Below are positions 22,248 through 23,241 of a stretch of 23,241 nucleotides of DNA, one piece after another. Every line of letters begins with the position of its first letter. Positions within the stretch are counted from its first letter, which is position 1. The notes under the pieces were generated by a model. It saw only the letters and a program-made list of their open reading frames with translations. It was not told the origin of the DNA and made no database searches. Source of the DNA: Azolla caroliniana (taxonomy: Eukaryota > Plantae > Polypodiophyta); NCBI GenBank assembly GCA_043228905.1, contig JBHGNT010000482.1, positions 1 through 23,241 on the forward strand. The letters run 5' to 3'. The position numbers and the translations under genes are program-made.

Positions 22248-22531
22248 TGTCGAATACATGTGTATAATGGACGTATTCACACTATCCCGTTTTGGCCATT
22301 TATGTAATTAGCATAAAGGGTAGTTGCCCTAAGTCGGTCACTATATATAGTGACCTTGTAACCTTTTTGTAAGGTTGGGTGTTGTATTATTGCTTTGTGA
22401 AATAAAGAGTCTTTTGTCTCTCTCTCTCTCTCTCTCTCTCTGTGCAACGACCTAGAAACTGTCATACGCAGGTATTCAAGCACGAATCGAATGCTACTTG
22501 ATCTTCCGCATTGACGACATTGTCTCCAACA
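22248..22531 (+). repeat. 5' LTR, 284 bp
   Basis: Starts TGTCGAA exactly where endonuclease homology stops and ends TCCAACA (imperfect terminal inverted repeat). TATA box CTATATATAG at 22341-22350, AATAAA at 22401-22406, internal (CT)n. Confidence 0.85.
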
Positions 22532-22533
22532 TC

Positions 22534-22545
22534 TGGTATCAGAGC
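22534..22545 (+). other. Primer-binding site, tRNA-iMet
   Basis: Canonical TGGTATCAGAGC, 2 nt after the LTR-terminal CA. Confidence 0.93.
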
Positions 22546-23241
22546 TTGCACAGCATTCGGTCCTTCAATCCGCTGTCGGCCGTCGTCTCAGCCTGCACAA
22601 CATTCGGTTTCCTGCGTCATTCGAAGAAGAGAGAAGAAGAAGAAAAACGAGGCTTGCATCTCATCGCGTTAGATCATTTTCGCTTGGAGTAAGCCAGCTG
22701 GTTGTACTCTGTTCCTTGTGATCGTAACCGCTCGAGGTGAAATCCCCTTGTGCAACATTGACACGATCGTGCTCCACTCGGTTAAACGGCATCCGAAGAA
22801 GTCAACAAACGCTGCTCGCCGCTCGTTGTAACCACTCGGTGCAGATCGGTCTTAAGACAACAACCCCAAATTCGTGCTTCATCTGGCTGATCGACATTCG
22901 GGAGGATCAGTTGGATCCGTCTCTCTCGTTGCTGCAGTCAACCGAAGCAGAATCGGTCCAGATAATCGGTTTCAATAATCGGTATTCGGCATATATATCC
23001 GAATCGAACCGGGCTCACTCCGACTCGGCAACATTCGGGAAGACCAGTCGGTTCTGTCCCTCAAGTTACCGGAGTCAATTCGAGCAAGTTCAACAATACA
23101 TATATCCGAAACCGAACCGACTCGGGTTCAAATCCGACTAGAACGATATCGGGTGAGCCAACCGGCTGCACTCCAACAAGGTTCGTAGTCAACTCCGAAC
23201 CGAGCTCCGTCAACCGAAACCAAATTCGATGGCATCAACAT

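Larger units (their letters stand above)
22248..23241 (+). mobile_element. Second LTR retrotransposon (5' LTR, PBS, leader), continues beyond the window
   Basis: TG...CA LTR followed by PBS and a CpG-rich leader; superfamily cannot be assigned without coding sequence. Confidence 0.85.

Noticed and set aside
22737-23141. 134-aa GTG-start ORF as gag
   Set aside because: No gag motifs; lies in the repetitive leader after the PBS.

Overview
Eukaryotic land-plant nuclear DNA: spliceosomal introns, plant-type genes, tRNA-iMet-primed LTR elements and dense microsatellites. A seed-free plant such as a fern is plausible but not provable here. The left two-thirds carries two intact + strand genes: a 2-exon ARL5/ARFC1-type small GTPase (2494-7442, 185 aa) and a 4-exon LisH-CTLH-WD40 protein of the WDR26/GID7 family (10384-16328, 594 aa). 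The right third is a retroelement nest. A decayed minus-strand Ty1/copia element (gag-PR-partial IN, PBS, partial 5' LTR) abuts a + strand LINE, which is itself cut by a second LTR element running off the window. The LINE is the most unusual object. Its intact ORF1 has a coiled-coil + L1-ORF1p/CR1-like domain instead of the usual plant L1 DUF4283/zinc-knuckle type, and its AP-endonuclease has RTEX-like motifs. ORF2 has no usable AUG but sits in frame behind a single AAA-UAG-GGA stop, a context resembling plant-virus readthrough sites. All calls are by eye; no searches were run.
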